Below, piece after piece: positions 10,132 to 19,744 of a stretch of DNA of 64,000 bases. The stretch comes from Candidatus Nomurabacteria bacterium (GTDB lineage Bacteria > Patescibacteriota > Minisyncoccia > Phycocordibacterales > UBA9973): NCBI GenBank assembly GCA_023267195.1, contig JAHFNT010000005.1:14875-78874 (forward strand), written 5' to 3'. Position 1 is the first letter of the stretch. Each line of letters begins with the position of its first letter. Position numbers and translations under genes: made by a program. The notes under the pieces were generated by a model, which was not told the DNA's origin, searched no databases, and worked only from the letters and a program-made list of their open reading frames with translations.

Positions 10132-11112
10132 TTATTTTTCTAATTCCGGCAAGACTTTAAAATACTCGTCTATGTAGGGGAACATAGTGTCGCAAGCGAC
10201 GAAGACAACATTCGTGTTCTTTTTTAACTTCTTTTCTTTTTTTAGTTTGGCCAAAGTTTCTAAAATACCAGCGAGTTGCATGCCGGTCGAAGGGCCGACG
10301 AAAAGGCCTTCGCGGATAAGTTTCAAACTCGTTTCGAAAGCTGGCTCAGTAGCTACTGGGACTTCTTTATCAACTACTTTCTGCCAAGGGAAGAAAAGCT
10401 TTTTCACCGCATCTTCTCCTCGCGAGCCGGGAATCGAGGAGCCAGTTTTTATGGATGTGCCAATTATTAAAATATTTGGAATTTTCTTTTTTAAATAAGA
10501 CCCACTTCCAGTAATCGTTCCACCTGTGCCCAAGCTCATGCAGAAAATATTAATTTTCCTTCCAAATTGTCCATATAGCTCTTTGCCGATTACTTCACTT
10601 GAAGCTTTCGGGCTATTCGGATTTATGTATTGATGCAAATTTTTCCAGCCTGCTTGCTTGCCCATCTGGGTTGCATCCCAAATTCCGCCTATTTCACTTT
10701 TTACATCCGGTGAAGCAGGCCCGTCGGAAATAATGAGATCTGTACCCATCAATTTTAAAATATTTTGTTTATTTTTTGGAACATCCGGGGTGATGATCGC
10801 ATGCATATTGGGGATGCCGAAATGTCGAGCTAGTATCGTCAAAGACAGGACAGTGTTTCCGGAAGAATATTCCACCAAGTGCTTTATTTTTTTTAATTCA
10901 TTTTTTGGAATGCCATCGAGCATATACCAAGCAGGCAGAGATTTGATATTGGCGAGAGGCACGCTTTGCATCAGTTTTATATAAATATGTATGCTGTCTT
11001 TGAGATATGGATTTAGGCGAAGAGGAAGCTCTACGACAGGCGAAGGGCCCATAGAACCGGGTTTTAGATAATCAAATATTGCTTTTTCGCCCTTGAATGT
11101 ATTTTTTTTCAT
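10132..11112 (-). CDS. Cysteine synthase/cystathionine beta-synthase-like PLP enzyme (fold type II)
   Basis: NIKSLPA (PLP Lys), EYSSGNT, HQYINP, GTGGT, VGPSTG. Confidence 0.85.
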   Translation of the reverse strand: MKKNTFKGEKAIFDYLKPGSMGPSPVVELPLRLNPYLKDSIHIYIKLMQSVPLANIKSLPAWYMLDGIPKNELKKIKHLVEYSSGNTVLSLTILARHFGIPNMHAIITPDVPKNKQNILKLMGTDLIISDGPASPDVKSEIGGIWDATQMGKQAGWKNLHQYINPNSPKASSEVIGKELYGQFGRKINIFCMSLGTGGTITGSGSYLKKKIPNILIIGTSIKTGSSIPGSRGEDAVKKLFFPWQKVVDKEVPVATEPAFETSLKLIREGLFVGPSTGMQLAGILETLAKLKKEKKLKKNTNVVFVACDTMFPYIDEYFKVLPELEK

Positions 11113-11897
11113 ATATTTATTTCGCCCTCAAACACACATACAGCCGGACCAGTCAGCCAGATATTTTGATAAACACCTTTTCCAGCTTTTTCAAATTCCA
11201 CAGTCAAATCTCCACCCGGCATTTTTATATGACAAACATTTTCTTTTAAAATCCCAAGATGATGTGAAGCGATTGCCACAGAACAAGCTCCTGTTCCGCA
11301 GGCAAGTGTTTCATCTTCTACACCTCGTTCATAAGTGCGTACATAAAAAATGCCGTTTTTATTTTCTACATAATTCACATTTACCCCTTTGGGGTTTTGG
11401 CCATTGTCGCGAATTTTGCGCGCTTCAATGCAGATAGGGAAGCTTTCTATATTTACGACAAATTGAATATGGTGCGGGGTAGTACCTGAACACAAAAAAG
11501 GTAAGCCATTTTTTTCTCCAATTTCATTTACATTCTGCATTTTTAACTTTATTAAACCACTATCTAATATTTCTGCTTCATGCTCTCCATCTACCGCGAT
11601 GAATTTTACTTTTTTGGGATTTTTGATAATTTTTAAAACACTATTAGCAAAATGTACGATACACCTCCCACCGTTTCCGCACATGCTTCCCATGCTTCCA
11701 TCGTTGTTGATGAAGACCATTCTGAAATCAAAATTTCTCTCTTTTTCTAAAAGTATTACCCCGTCTGCCCCTATCCCAAAGCGTCGATGGCATAAATATT
11801 TGATATTTTCTTGATCGTTTACGGAAAATACTTTCTCTCGATTGTCTATCATTATGAAATCATTTCCGGCGCCATGGTATTTGTAAAATTTGAGCAT
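11109..11897 (-). CDS. dapF: Diaminopimelate epimerase family protein
   Basis: HGAGNDF, GIGADG, MCGNG, ERGVEDETLACGTG (both catalytic Cys). Confidence 0.93.
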   Translation of the reverse strand: MLKFYKYHGAGNDFIMIDNREKVFSVNDQENIKYLCHRRFGIGADGVILLEKERNFDFRMVFINNDGSMGSMCGNGGRCIVHFANSVLKIIKNPKKVKFIAVDGEHEAEILDSGLIKLKMQNVNEIGEKNGLPFLCSGTTPHHIQFVVNIESFPICIEARKIRDNGQNPKGVNVNYVENKNGIFYVRTYERGVEDETLACGTGACSVAIASHHLGILKENVCHIKMPGGDLTVEFEKAGKGVYQNIWLTGPAVCVFEGEINI

Positions 11898-11925
11898 TCT
11901 TGGATTATATACTATAATTTAATAT
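11898..11925. promoter_or_regulatory. 28-bp divergent promoter region dapF/rpiB
   Basis: - strand TATAAT (11904-11909), 6 nt from dapF ATG; + strand TATAAT (11913-11918), 7 nt from rpiB ATG. Confidence 0.65.
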
Positions 11926-12426
11926 ATGAAAATCTATATTGGCTCTGATCACACTGGGTATGAATTAAAAGAAAAATTAAAAAAATATTTAAGTGAACTT
12001 GAGCTTGGATATGAGGTGGTGGATAAGGGTGCCTTTAAATATGATGCTGATGATGATTACCCAGATTTTATCGAGCCGGTGGCGGAAGCTGTCGCTAGTG
12101 AAGAGGGGAGCCTCGGTGTCATTCTCGGCGGCTCAGGGCAAGGAGAAGCCATGTGCGCAAATAGAGTAAGGGGTGCACGAGCAGCAGTGTTTTATAGCGA
12201 AGCTTTTCCTAAAGAAGCTATTGATATAAATGGTGGTAAAAGCGAGGATTCTTTTGAAATTGTAAAGCTTGCAAGAATACATAATAACGCAAATATTTTA
12301 TCTTTAAGCGTCAGATTTTTATCCGAAGATCAAATAAAATTTGCTGTTGAACTTTTTCTTAAAACTCCATTTGGAAACGAAGAGAGGCATGTACGTCGCA
12401 TTAATAAACTAGAGCCTAGTGCCTAA
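11926..12426 (+). CDS. rpiB: Ribose-5-phosphate isomerase B
   Basis: IGSDHTG, DDYPD, GGSGQG, ARIHNNAN, RHVRRI. Confidence 0.93.
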   Translation: MKIYIGSDHTGYELKEKLKKYLSELELGYEVVDKGAFKYDADDDYPDFIEPVAEAVASEEGSLGVILGGSGQGEAMCANRVRGARAAVFYSEAFPKEAIDINGGKSEDSFEIVKLARIHNNANILSLSVRFLSEDQIKFAVELFLKTPFGNEERHVRRINKLEPSA

Positions 12427-12430
12427 TTTT

Positions 12431-13135
12431 ATGGCTGAAATAGTTCCCGCAATTTTAGAAAAGAATTTTAATGAAATAAAAAATAAACTTACCTTTTTGC
12501 GCGGTCGGTCAAGGGTTGCGCATCTGGATTTTTGTGATGGAAGATTTGTGCCGAATCAGACATGGCCTTTCGCCTTCGGCGGGTTTAATGATCTTGATTT
12601 TGCAAAAATTATAAATGAAGAAGAAGGGATGCCCTTTTGGGAAGAATTTGATTTTGAGTTTGATTTAATGGTTGAAAATGCGATAGAAAATTTTGATATT
12701 TACATGAAGTTGGGCCCGAAAAGAATTATTTTTCATCCTCGAGGAGAAAAGGACCTAAAAGAATTCCAGCATTTTTTAGAAGGACTTGATATGTATGTGC
12801 GAGACAACGTAGAAATCGGCTTAGCTTTTCGTCCGAGTGATGATTTATCCGTCGTTTCACACTTGGCAAACAATGTGGACTTTTTGCACTGCATGGGTTC
12901 GGACAAGGTTGGGTTTCAGGGTGCTGGTGTTACTTTTGACGAGCGAACAATCGATAATATAAAATTTCTAAAGAAAAATATAGAAGGCATAGTAATCTCT
13001 GTCGATATTGGTATTAATTTAAATAATGCAGAGGAAATCTTGAAAGCTGGCGCCGACAGACTTTGCATCGGTTCTAGTATTTGGAAAAGTCCGGACCCTG
13101 TCGGCGCGCTCCAAAACTTTCAAAGTTTGGTATAA
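12431..13135 (+). CDS. rpe: Ribulose-phosphate 3-epimerase-like (divergent)
   Basis: IVPAIL, HLDFCDGRFVPN, GADRLCIGS; between rpiB and tkt. Confidence 0.75.
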   Translation: MAEIVPAILEKNFNEIKNKLTFLRGRSRVAHLDFCDGRFVPNQTWPFAFGGFNDLDFAKIINEEEGMPFWEEFDFEFDLMVENAIENFDIYMKLGPKRIIFHPRGEKDLKEFQHFLEGLDMYVRDNVEIGLAFRPSDDLSVVSHLANNVDFLHCMGSDKVGFQGAGVTFDERTIDNIKFLKKNIEGIVISVDIGINLNNAEEILKAGADRLCIGSSIWKSPDPVGALQNFQSLV

Positions 13136-13143
13136 TAAAAAGA

Positions 13144-14013
13144 ATGTCATTCTTGTCTGAAGATAAAATAAAAGAGCTCGCGAAAAAAGCAAACGAGATT
13201 CGGATGTCGATTATTGAAATGTTGGTGGAAGCGAAAAGCGGACACACGGCCGGGCCGCTCGGGATGGCAGATATTTTTACTCTTTTTTATTTTCATGTTT
13301 TAAAACACGATCCAAAAAATCCAAGTTGGGAAGAACGAGACAGGCTCGTGCTTTCAAACGGACACATTTGTCCAGTCTTGTATGCGACGATGGCGCACGC
13401 AGGGTATTTTCCATTAGAGGAATTGAAAACTCTGCGTAAATTCGGCACGCGCTTGCAAGGTCATCCACACCGAGAATATATGCCCTGGGTAGAAAATAGT
13501 TCTGGTCCGCTCGGTTCTGGGCTTTCACAAGCAGTCGGTATGGCGCTCGCAGATAAAATGGATGGTTCGGCTTCGCTCACCACAGGCAAAAAAATGCCAG
13601 ATCGGTTTATTTATGCTTTTTTGTCAGACGGGGAAATGGATGAAGGCAATACCTGGGAAGCGGTGATGCTTGCCGGAAAACATAAACTTCACAACCTGAT
13701 CGCAATTGTGGACCGAAATAATATTCAGATTGAGGGATATACTGAAGACGTGCTGCCACTCGAGCCTTTTCATGCTAAGTGGAAAAGTTTTAATTGGCAT
13801 GTGATAGAAGTTTCTGGACATGATTTTAGATTTCTAAACGAAGTAATAGAAGAAGCGCAAGCTGTTTACGAAAAGCCGACAGTCATCATCGCGCATACGA
13901 TACCCGGTAAAGGCGTCAAAGAATTTGAGAGAAATTATAAATGGCATGGCAAACCGCCCTCCAAAGAAGAAGGGGAAATGGCCTTAGAAGAACTTAATAA
14001 TAATCGATTCTAG
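13144..14013 (+). CDS. tkt: Transketolase, N-terminal (TPP-binding) subunit
   Basis: SGHTAG, LSNGH, LQGHP, SDGEMDEG, WHGKPP; start set at MSFLSE after TGgTATAAT. Confidence 0.95.
   Translation: MSFLSEDKIKELAKKANEIRMSIIEMLVEAKSGHTAGPLGMADIFTLFYFHVLKHDPKNPSWEERDRLVLSNGHICPVLYATMAHAGYFPLEELKTLRKFGTRLQGHPHREYMPWVENSSGPLGSGLSQAVGMALADKMDGSASLTTGKKMPDRFIYAFLSDGEMDEGNTWEAVMLAGKHKLHNLIAIVDRNNIQIEGYTEDVLPLEPFHAKWKSFNWHVIEVSGHDFRFLNEVIEEAQAVYEKPTVIIAHTIPGKGVKEFERNYKWHGKPPSKEEGEMALEELNNNRF
13563..13587 (+). repeat. In-frame hairpin element in tkt (GSASLTTG)
   Basis: TGGT-TCG-gcttcg-CTC-ACCA-CAGG. Confidence 0.8.
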
Positions 14014-14018
14014 AATAT

Positions 14019-14315
14019 ATGAATATAAATTTAAAAAATATATTTCAATTGATCTTTTATGGGTTAATAGCTTATTTTTCTGGTATATTATCTTATGATT
14101 CTATTAGTAGATTTACCAATGATTTATTTCCTGTAATATTTACAGTTGTTTCTTTACTAGGATTTGTAGGTTCTTTGGTTAAAATTGCTCAAATATTAAG
14201 TAATAAAGAGAATACAAAACTTGCAATTTTATCTAATATTGGTATTGGATTTTTTATTGTTATTATTTTTGCAATAATAGCCTATCTTTTTATTATTCTC
14301 TCATTATGGCATTAA
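14019..14315 (+). CDS. Small AT-rich 3-TM membrane protein between the tkt halves
   Basis: 98-aa hydrophobic ORF filling the gap exactly. Confidence 0.6.
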   Translation: MNINLKNIFQLIFYGLIAYFSGILSYDSISRFTNDLFPVIFTVVSLLGFVGSLVKIAQILSNKENTKLAILSNIGIGFFIVIIFAIIAYLFIILSLWH

Positions 14316-14322
14316 TTATTTT

Positions 14323-15321
14323 ATGTTAAACCCAAAGCTAAAACTTAACACTAAACTATTTAATACGGACGTCGAGCAGGTGCCGATCCGTAAAGGTTTT
14401 GGGCAAGGATTACTTATGGCAGGCGAAGCGGATTCCAGTGTCGTCGGACTTTGTGCCGATTTGACTGAAAGCACACAGATGAATTTATTTGCCGATAAAT
14501 TTCCAGATCGGTTTATTCAAGTCGGAGTCGCGGAACAAAATCTGGTAACGGTGGCTTCCGGGATGGCAGCAATGGGAAAAATTCCATTTTGTTCTTCATA
14601 TGCGATGTTTTCACCGGGCAGAAACTGGGAACAAATTCGCACGACGATCACTTATAACGACCGGCCGGTAAAAATCGTCGGCTCACATTCAGGAATTTCT
14701 GTCGGGCCAGACGGAGGGACGCATCAGGCGCTTGAAGACATCGCGCTCATGCGTGTGATGCCGAACATTGATGTCATTTCTCCTTGTGATGCTATCGAAG
14801 CCAAAAAAGCGACGTTGGCGCTCGCCAAAACTGGCAAGCCAGCATATTTGCGTCTGGTTCGCGAGAAAACTCCGATTATTACAACCGAAGAAACTCCTTT
14901 TAATATAAACAAAGCAGAGATTTACTGGCTGCCGGATGTCGGGCTCGCGCAGGTCGGAATCATCGCGACTGGTGGTCTTCTTTACCGCGCACTATTGGCG
15001 GCCAAAGAATTAGAAGCCGAAGGAATAAAAACTAAAGTGCTGAATCTAGCTTCCATCAAGCCGATGGATGTAGAAGCTGTCGTGGCGTTAGCGAAAGAAA
15101 CGAAAGCAATTGTGACCGTGGAAGAACATCAGGTAGCTGGAGGTATGGGAGGGGCGGTGGCAGAAGTGCTCGCGCAAAATTTTCCTGTACCTATGGAATT
15201 TATCGGTGTGCAGGACAAATTTGGGCAAAGTGGTACACCAGACGAACTGGTGGAACATTATGGCATGGGAAAAAATTCTATCAAAGAAGCAGTGCAAAAA
15301 GTATTAGCTAGAAAAATTTAG
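14323..15321 (+). CDS. tkt: Transketolase, C-terminal subunit
   Basis: GVAEQN, GPDGGTHQ, VEEHQ. Confidence 0.95.
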   Translation: MLNPKLKLNTKLFNTDVEQVPIRKGFGQGLLMAGEADSSVVGLCADLTESTQMNLFADKFPDRFIQVGVAEQNLVTVASGMAAMGKIPFCSSYAMFSPGRNWEQIRTTITYNDRPVKIVGSHSGISVGPDGGTHQALEDIALMRVMPNIDVISPCDAIEAKKATLALAKTGKPAYLRLVREKTPIITTEETPFNINKAEIYWLPDVGLAQVGIIATGGLLYRALLAAKELEAEGIKTKVLNLASIKPMDVEAVVALAKETKAIVTVEEHQVAGGMGGAVAEVLAQNFPVPMEFIGVQDKFGQSGTPDELVEHYGMGKNSIKEAVQKVLARKI

Positions 15322-15326
15322 ATTTT

Positions 15327-16337
15327 TTAATTGATTTTGGTAGCTTTATAATCTTCTGGAGCATTTTTTAAATACTCTTCCAATTTTTCACGAGTAAGGA
15401 GGCCTTTTTGCGCGCCAATTTCTTGTACAACTGACATAGAATTAATCGGACCCCAAGTAAAAGCTTCAAGAGGGGAAAAACCTAATGCAAGCGCACAAGC
15501 AATGGTGGAAGAAAAAGCATCTCCCGCGCCAGTGCGTTCGAGTGGTGGTGCGATGTCGGGGTATATTGGAATATGCCAAAGTTCAGCATCTAGATAAAGA
15601 TAAGCCCCATTTGATTCGTCGCTTATTACGACAATTTTAGGACCGAGGGTATGGATACCTTTTGATAATTCTAAGATATCTCTTTTATCTTTCTCTTTTT
15701 GTAGAATTTTCTCTGCCTCTTCAACATTACAGAAAAATATTTCCGATCTTTTGTAAATATCTTTTAGTTTTTCTGTTCCGAGTTTTATCTGAAAAGTTCC
15801 CGGTTGAAAAGCTAGCTTGGTATTTGGATGGTCGTTTAAATATTTTGATATTTCTTCATGATACTCAAGTGAATCTTCTGCAAGCGAGCTTAAATACATC
15901 CAAGCTACTTCCCCAAGTGGTGGTAATTTATAATTAAATTTTCCGTGTTTGATTAAGATTGTTCGGTCAATATCATACCAGAGTACATAATGGTAATTAG
16001 TCAGCTTGTCTTTCTCCGTGGTTATATATTTAGTAGAGACTTTTTCATTTTCTAAGCTTTCTAGGCAGTGCTTGCCATGTTTATCGTCTCCAATATTTGT
16101 GACCAGGGCGGATTTCAAGCCGAGACGGGAGGCGGCAACAGCGGCATTCGGACTATTGCCTACAGCGTGGATGACATCTACTGATTCATAAGGAACTTTA
16201 TCTCCAAAGCGTACACACAGTTCGCAGGCGTCGCTATCTATCTTACAATGCACATGTGCATCTTTCAGCCTAATGAACGCATCTATGACAATATCCCCAA
16301 TTGCCAAAAAGTCTATTGTGTTTTCGTTTTCATCCAT
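15327..16337 (-). CDS. PfkB/ribokinase family sugar kinase
   Basis: NAAVAASRLG, ERTGAGDAF. Confidence 0.9.
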   Translation of the reverse strand: MDENENTIDFLAIGDIVIDAFIRLKDAHVHCKIDSDACELCVRFGDKVPYESVDVIHAVGNSPNAAVAASRLGLKSALVTNIGDDKHGKHCLESLENEKVSTKYITTEKDKLTNYHYVLWYDIDRTILIKHGKFNYKLPPLGEVAWMYLSSLAEDSLEYHEEISKYLNDHPNTKLAFQPGTFQIKLGTEKLKDIYKRSEIFFCNVEEAEKILQKEKDKRDILELSKGIHTLGPKIVVISDESNGAYLYLDAELWHIPIYPDIAPPLERTGAGDAFSSTIACALALGFSPLEAFTWGPINSMSVVQEIGAQKGLLTREKLEEYLKNAPEDYKATKIN

Positions 16338-16383
16338 GTTACCATTGTAGCATAAAATATATAATAAATAATATGCAAATTAT

Positions 16384-17877
16384 ATGTATAAAAAAATAGT
16401 GTTGGTTTTATCCGTAGTTGCTTTTTTCTTTGTATATAATTTCGCATTCGCTAGTTTGGTTATCAATGAAATAATGTATGATTTGTCCGGCTCTGACTCC
16501 ACAAGCAGTAAGAGCAGGGAATGGGTTGAAGTTTACAATCCGGATGGAGTCAATGTTGATGTCGATGCTTCCAAGTGGAGGATTTACGATGGTTCTGCCA
16601 ATAGGACAATTAACGGAGAGGTAAATTTTTCCATTCCTGCTGGCGGATATATTATTTTCGCTGGTGATAAAGATGCTTTCCTTCTAGATCATGCTGGTTT
16701 TTCCGGAATAGTTTATGACACCGGAATTACGAGTTTAAATAATGCCGGTGCAATTTTAAAAGTTTTAGATCAGGATTTGAATATCATTGATTCAGTCACC
16801 TATGCATCTTCGCAGGGCGGGGCTGGAGATGGGAATTCTTTGCAAAAAATTGCAGGCGGTTGGCAAGGCGCCAGCCCCACCCCCGGTGTGCAGAATGAAA
16901 CTTCCGTGCCACCGCCTGTGCCACCAAGCGAAAATAATCAAACAAGCACAAGTTCTTCCACTCAATCAAGTTCAAGTTCTTCAGAGGTAAAAATTCCGAC
17001 TATCGAGGAACGGAAAATTAAAACCCAAATTATTGGCAAGACTCTTGGTTTTGCTGGTGTGCCGGTTTTACTTGAGGGTAGGGTGTACGATTCTGAGGAC
17101 AAGGATGTGCATTACGGAAAGCTCTTTTGGAATTTCGGCGACGGAGATTCTGTAGAAATCAGACTTCCTTACAACAACCCGCAATCCCATATTTATTTTT
17201 ATCCTGGCGACTACGTCGTTTCGCTTGCTTATTATCAAGATTATTATGCCAACGTTCCGGTCGCTACGAGCCAGTTAGGTCTAAAAGTTGTTTCGGCGCA
17301 AATTTCTGTGAGCAAAGTAGGGGATGAAAAAGATTTTTTTGTGGAGCTTTCCAATAACACGGAGTATAATGCGGATTTATCAAATTGGATTTTGTCTGCC
17401 GGCGCAAAAACTTTTGTTTTACCCGTAAATACAAATCTTGGTCCAGGGAAGAAAATTATTATTTCTCCTAAAATTACCAGTTTTTCTTTTGCTGATAAAA
17501 ATTCTCTAAAATTAATGACTGCGCAAAGGGAAATCGTTTTTGATTATGGGGATGCAGAGAAAAGTATAGTAACAGAACCACCCAAATCCTCCTTACCTCG
17601 GGGGCAGAATCCAGATTTTCCCTCTTCTTTTAAGAGGAAGTTAGAAGAAGTCGATGTTCCTATTTCCGTATCTGTTCCCGGTATATCTGAAAATTTACCA
17701 GCTTTAGCTTTAAATAGCGACGGACCAGAATTAGGCCAAGAAAGTTCATATTCTTTTCCATTTATTCCTGTTGTTTCCTTTTTGTTCATCGGAGCTTCAG
17801 CCAGCGCGGTATATTACGTTCGTCGGAAAATGGTTGTTCCCCAGTCCGGAAGTGATTTTGAGATTCTCGATGAGTAG
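16384..17877 (+). CDS. Surface protein with lamin-tail domains, PKD-like domain and C-terminal anchor
   Basis: Signal peptide, VINEIMYD..EWVEVYN, WNFGDG, DLSNWIL, C-terminal TM. Confidence 0.75.
   Translation: MYKKIVLVLSVVAFFFVYNFAFASLVINEIMYDLSGSDSTSSKSREWVEVYNPDGVNVDVDASKWRIYDGSANRTINGEVNFSIPAGGYIIFAGDKDAFLLDHAGFSGIVYDTGITSLNNAGAILKVLDQDLNIIDSVTYASSQGGAGDGNSLQKIAGGWQGASPTPGVQNETSVPPPVPPSENNQTSTSSSTQSSSSSSEVKIPTIEERKIKTQIIGKTLGFAGVPVLLEGRVYDSEDKDVHYGKLFWNFGDGDSVEIRLPYNNPQSHIYFYPGDYVVSLAYYQDYYANVPVATSQLGLKVVSAQISVSKVGDEKDFFVELSNNTEYNADLSNWILSAGAKTFVLPVNTNLGPGKKIIISPKITSFSFADKNSLKLMTAQREIVFDYGDAEKSIVTEPPKSSLPRGQNPDFPSSFKRKLEEVDVPISVSVPGISENLPALALNSDGPELGQESSYSFPFIPVVSFLFIGASASAVYYVRRKMVVPQSGSDFEILDE
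17577..17651 (+). repeat. Degenerate paired CCCCTT..AAGGGG-type palindromes in the linker of the surface protein
   Basis: tcctccttacctcggggg and CCTCTT-ctttt-AAGAGG hairpins about 25 nt apart. Confidence 0.35.
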
Positions 17878-17892
17878 TGATATATTTGATCC

Positions 17893-19740
17893 ATGTGTGG
17901 CATTGTCGGATACATTGGGAAAAGGGAAGCCTATCCTATTTTAATTAAAGGTCTAGAACGATTGGAGTATCGCGGTTATGATTCTGCGGGAGTAGCACTT
18001 TTGAACGAGGGTGTTTTTTCTGTGCATAAGAAAAAAGGCAAGGTCGTAGAGCTAAAGAAGCTTGTTGCACATAAAAAACTTTTAGGCAAAGTGGGAATTG
18101 CGCATACTCGCTGGGCTACTCATGGTATACCTTCAGATAAAAATGCTCACCCGCAGTTATCAAATTCCGGAGACATTATTATCGTACATAACGGTATTAT
18201 AGAAAATTATTTGACCATTAAAAAAGTATTAACAAAAAAAGGCTATAAGTTTTATAGTGATACAGATACGGAAGTTTTAGCAAACTTGATTGAAGACATT
18301 AAAAAAAATACAAAAGTTAACCTTGGCGAAGCAGTACGTTTGGCCCTGCTTGAAATCGATGGCGCTTATGGAATTTTAGTTTTAGCGAAGGACGAGCCTG
18401 ATACTATTGTTGTTGCCAAAATTGGCTCTCCGGCGGTAATCGGAGTTGGCGGAAGCAAAACAAACCCAGAATTTTTTATTGCCTCCGACGCGACACCGAT
18501 CATAGAATATACCGACAGAGTTATTTATTTAGAAGATAGGGAAATGGGAATAATCAAGAATGGGGAACTGACAATCAAAACAATTCAAAATAAGATAGTT
18601 AATCCTTATGTGCATAAGCTGGAGATGAAGATTGAAGAGCTGGAGAAGGGGGGGTTTGAACATTTTATGCTAAAGGAAATTTTCGAACAGCCGGAAGCAC
18701 TACATAGCACCATTCGCGGTCGATTAATTGAAAGTGACGGGAATATAAAATTTGGGGGTTTAGAAAAGTTTCAAAAAGAATTAAAAAATCTTCGCAGTCT
18801 TACAGTGGTGGCTATGGGAACTGCTCGTTTTACCGGACTTATTGGAGAATATGCTCTGGAAGAATTGGCAGATATTCCAACCAAAGTAGAATATGGGTCT
18901 GAGTTTACTTACCGCAAAAAAGCGATTGCAAAAAATTCTGGGTTACTTGCAATTTCTCAATCGGGAGAAACGGCTGATACGCTCAATTCTATTAAAGAAG
19001 CGAAACGTAAAGGTATGTTGACACTCGGTATTGTAAATGTTATCGGCTCAAGTATCGCTCGGGAAGTGGATGCCGGTATTTATAATCACGTGGGTCCTGA
19101 AACAGCCGTAGCCTCGACTAAAGCTTCCACTTCACAAGTTTTACTGCAAATTATGCTGGCAATTTATTTAGGCAGAATGCGCGGGCTTACAAAAAAAGAA
19201 GGGCAGACCATCCTAAAAGAAATACAGAAACTTCCGGAATTGGCGGCAAAAACGCTTAAAAATAGCGACCAAATAAAAAATCTAGCAAAAAAATATAAAA
19301 AAATCGAGCACTTTTTTTTCCTTGGTAGAAAATACAACGCCGGCACAGCTATGGAGGGTGCCCTCAAAATGAAGGAATGTTCATATATCCACGCCGAAGG
19401 TATGAATGCGACAGAATTAAAACACGGTCCGCTTTCCCTTATTGATGAAAATTTTCCTTCATTGGTTATTGCGCCAATGGATAGTATGTACGAAAAAAGT
19501 AAAAGTTCTATTCAGGAAATTAAAGCGCGCGGAGGGCTGGTTATTGCGCTGACCACCGAAGGTAACAAAGAGCTAGAGAAAATTGCCAATGATGTGATTT
19601 ATATTCCTAAAACACTAGAGATGCTCACCCCCATTCTCGCCTTTATTCCAATGCAACTCTTTGCCTATTACATAGCAGTCGAGCGAGGTAACGATGTCGA
19701 CAAGCCTCGCAATTTAGCCAAGAGTGTGACGGTGGAATAA
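17893..19740 (+). CDS. glmS: Glutamine--fructose-6-phosphate aminotransferase
   Basis: MCGIVG, HTRWATHG, SQSGETAD, PRNLAKSVTVE. Confidence 0.98.
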   Translation: MCGIVGYIGKREAYPILIKGLERLEYRGYDSAGVALLNEGVFSVHKKKGKVVELKKLVAHKKLLGKVGIAHTRWATHGIPSDKNAHPQLSNSGDIIIVHNGIIENYLTIKKVLTKKGYKFYSDTDTEVLANLIEDIKKNTKVNLGEAVRLALLEIDGAYGILVLAKDEPDTIVVAKIGSPAVIGVGGSKTNPEFFIASDATPIIEYTDRVIYLEDREMGIIKNGELTIKTIQNKIVNPYVHKLEMKIEELEKGGFEHFMLKEIFEQPEALHSTIRGRLIESDGNIKFGGLEKFQKELKNLRSLTVVAMGTARFTGLIGEYALEELADIPTKVEYGSEFTYRKKAIAKNSGLLAISQSGETADTLNSIKEAKRKGMLTLGIVNVIGSSIAREVDAGIYNHVGPETAVASTKASTSQVLLQIMLAIYLGRMRGLTKKEGQTILKEIQKLPELAAKTLKNSDQIKNLAKKYKKIEHFFFLGRKYNAGTAMEGALKMKECSYIHAEGMNATELKHGPLSLIDENFPSLVIAPMDSMYEKSKSSIQEIKARGGLVIALTTEGNKELEKIANDVIYIPKTLEMLTPILAFIPMQLFAYYIAVERGNDVDKPRNLAKSVTVE

Positions 19741-19744
19741 AATT

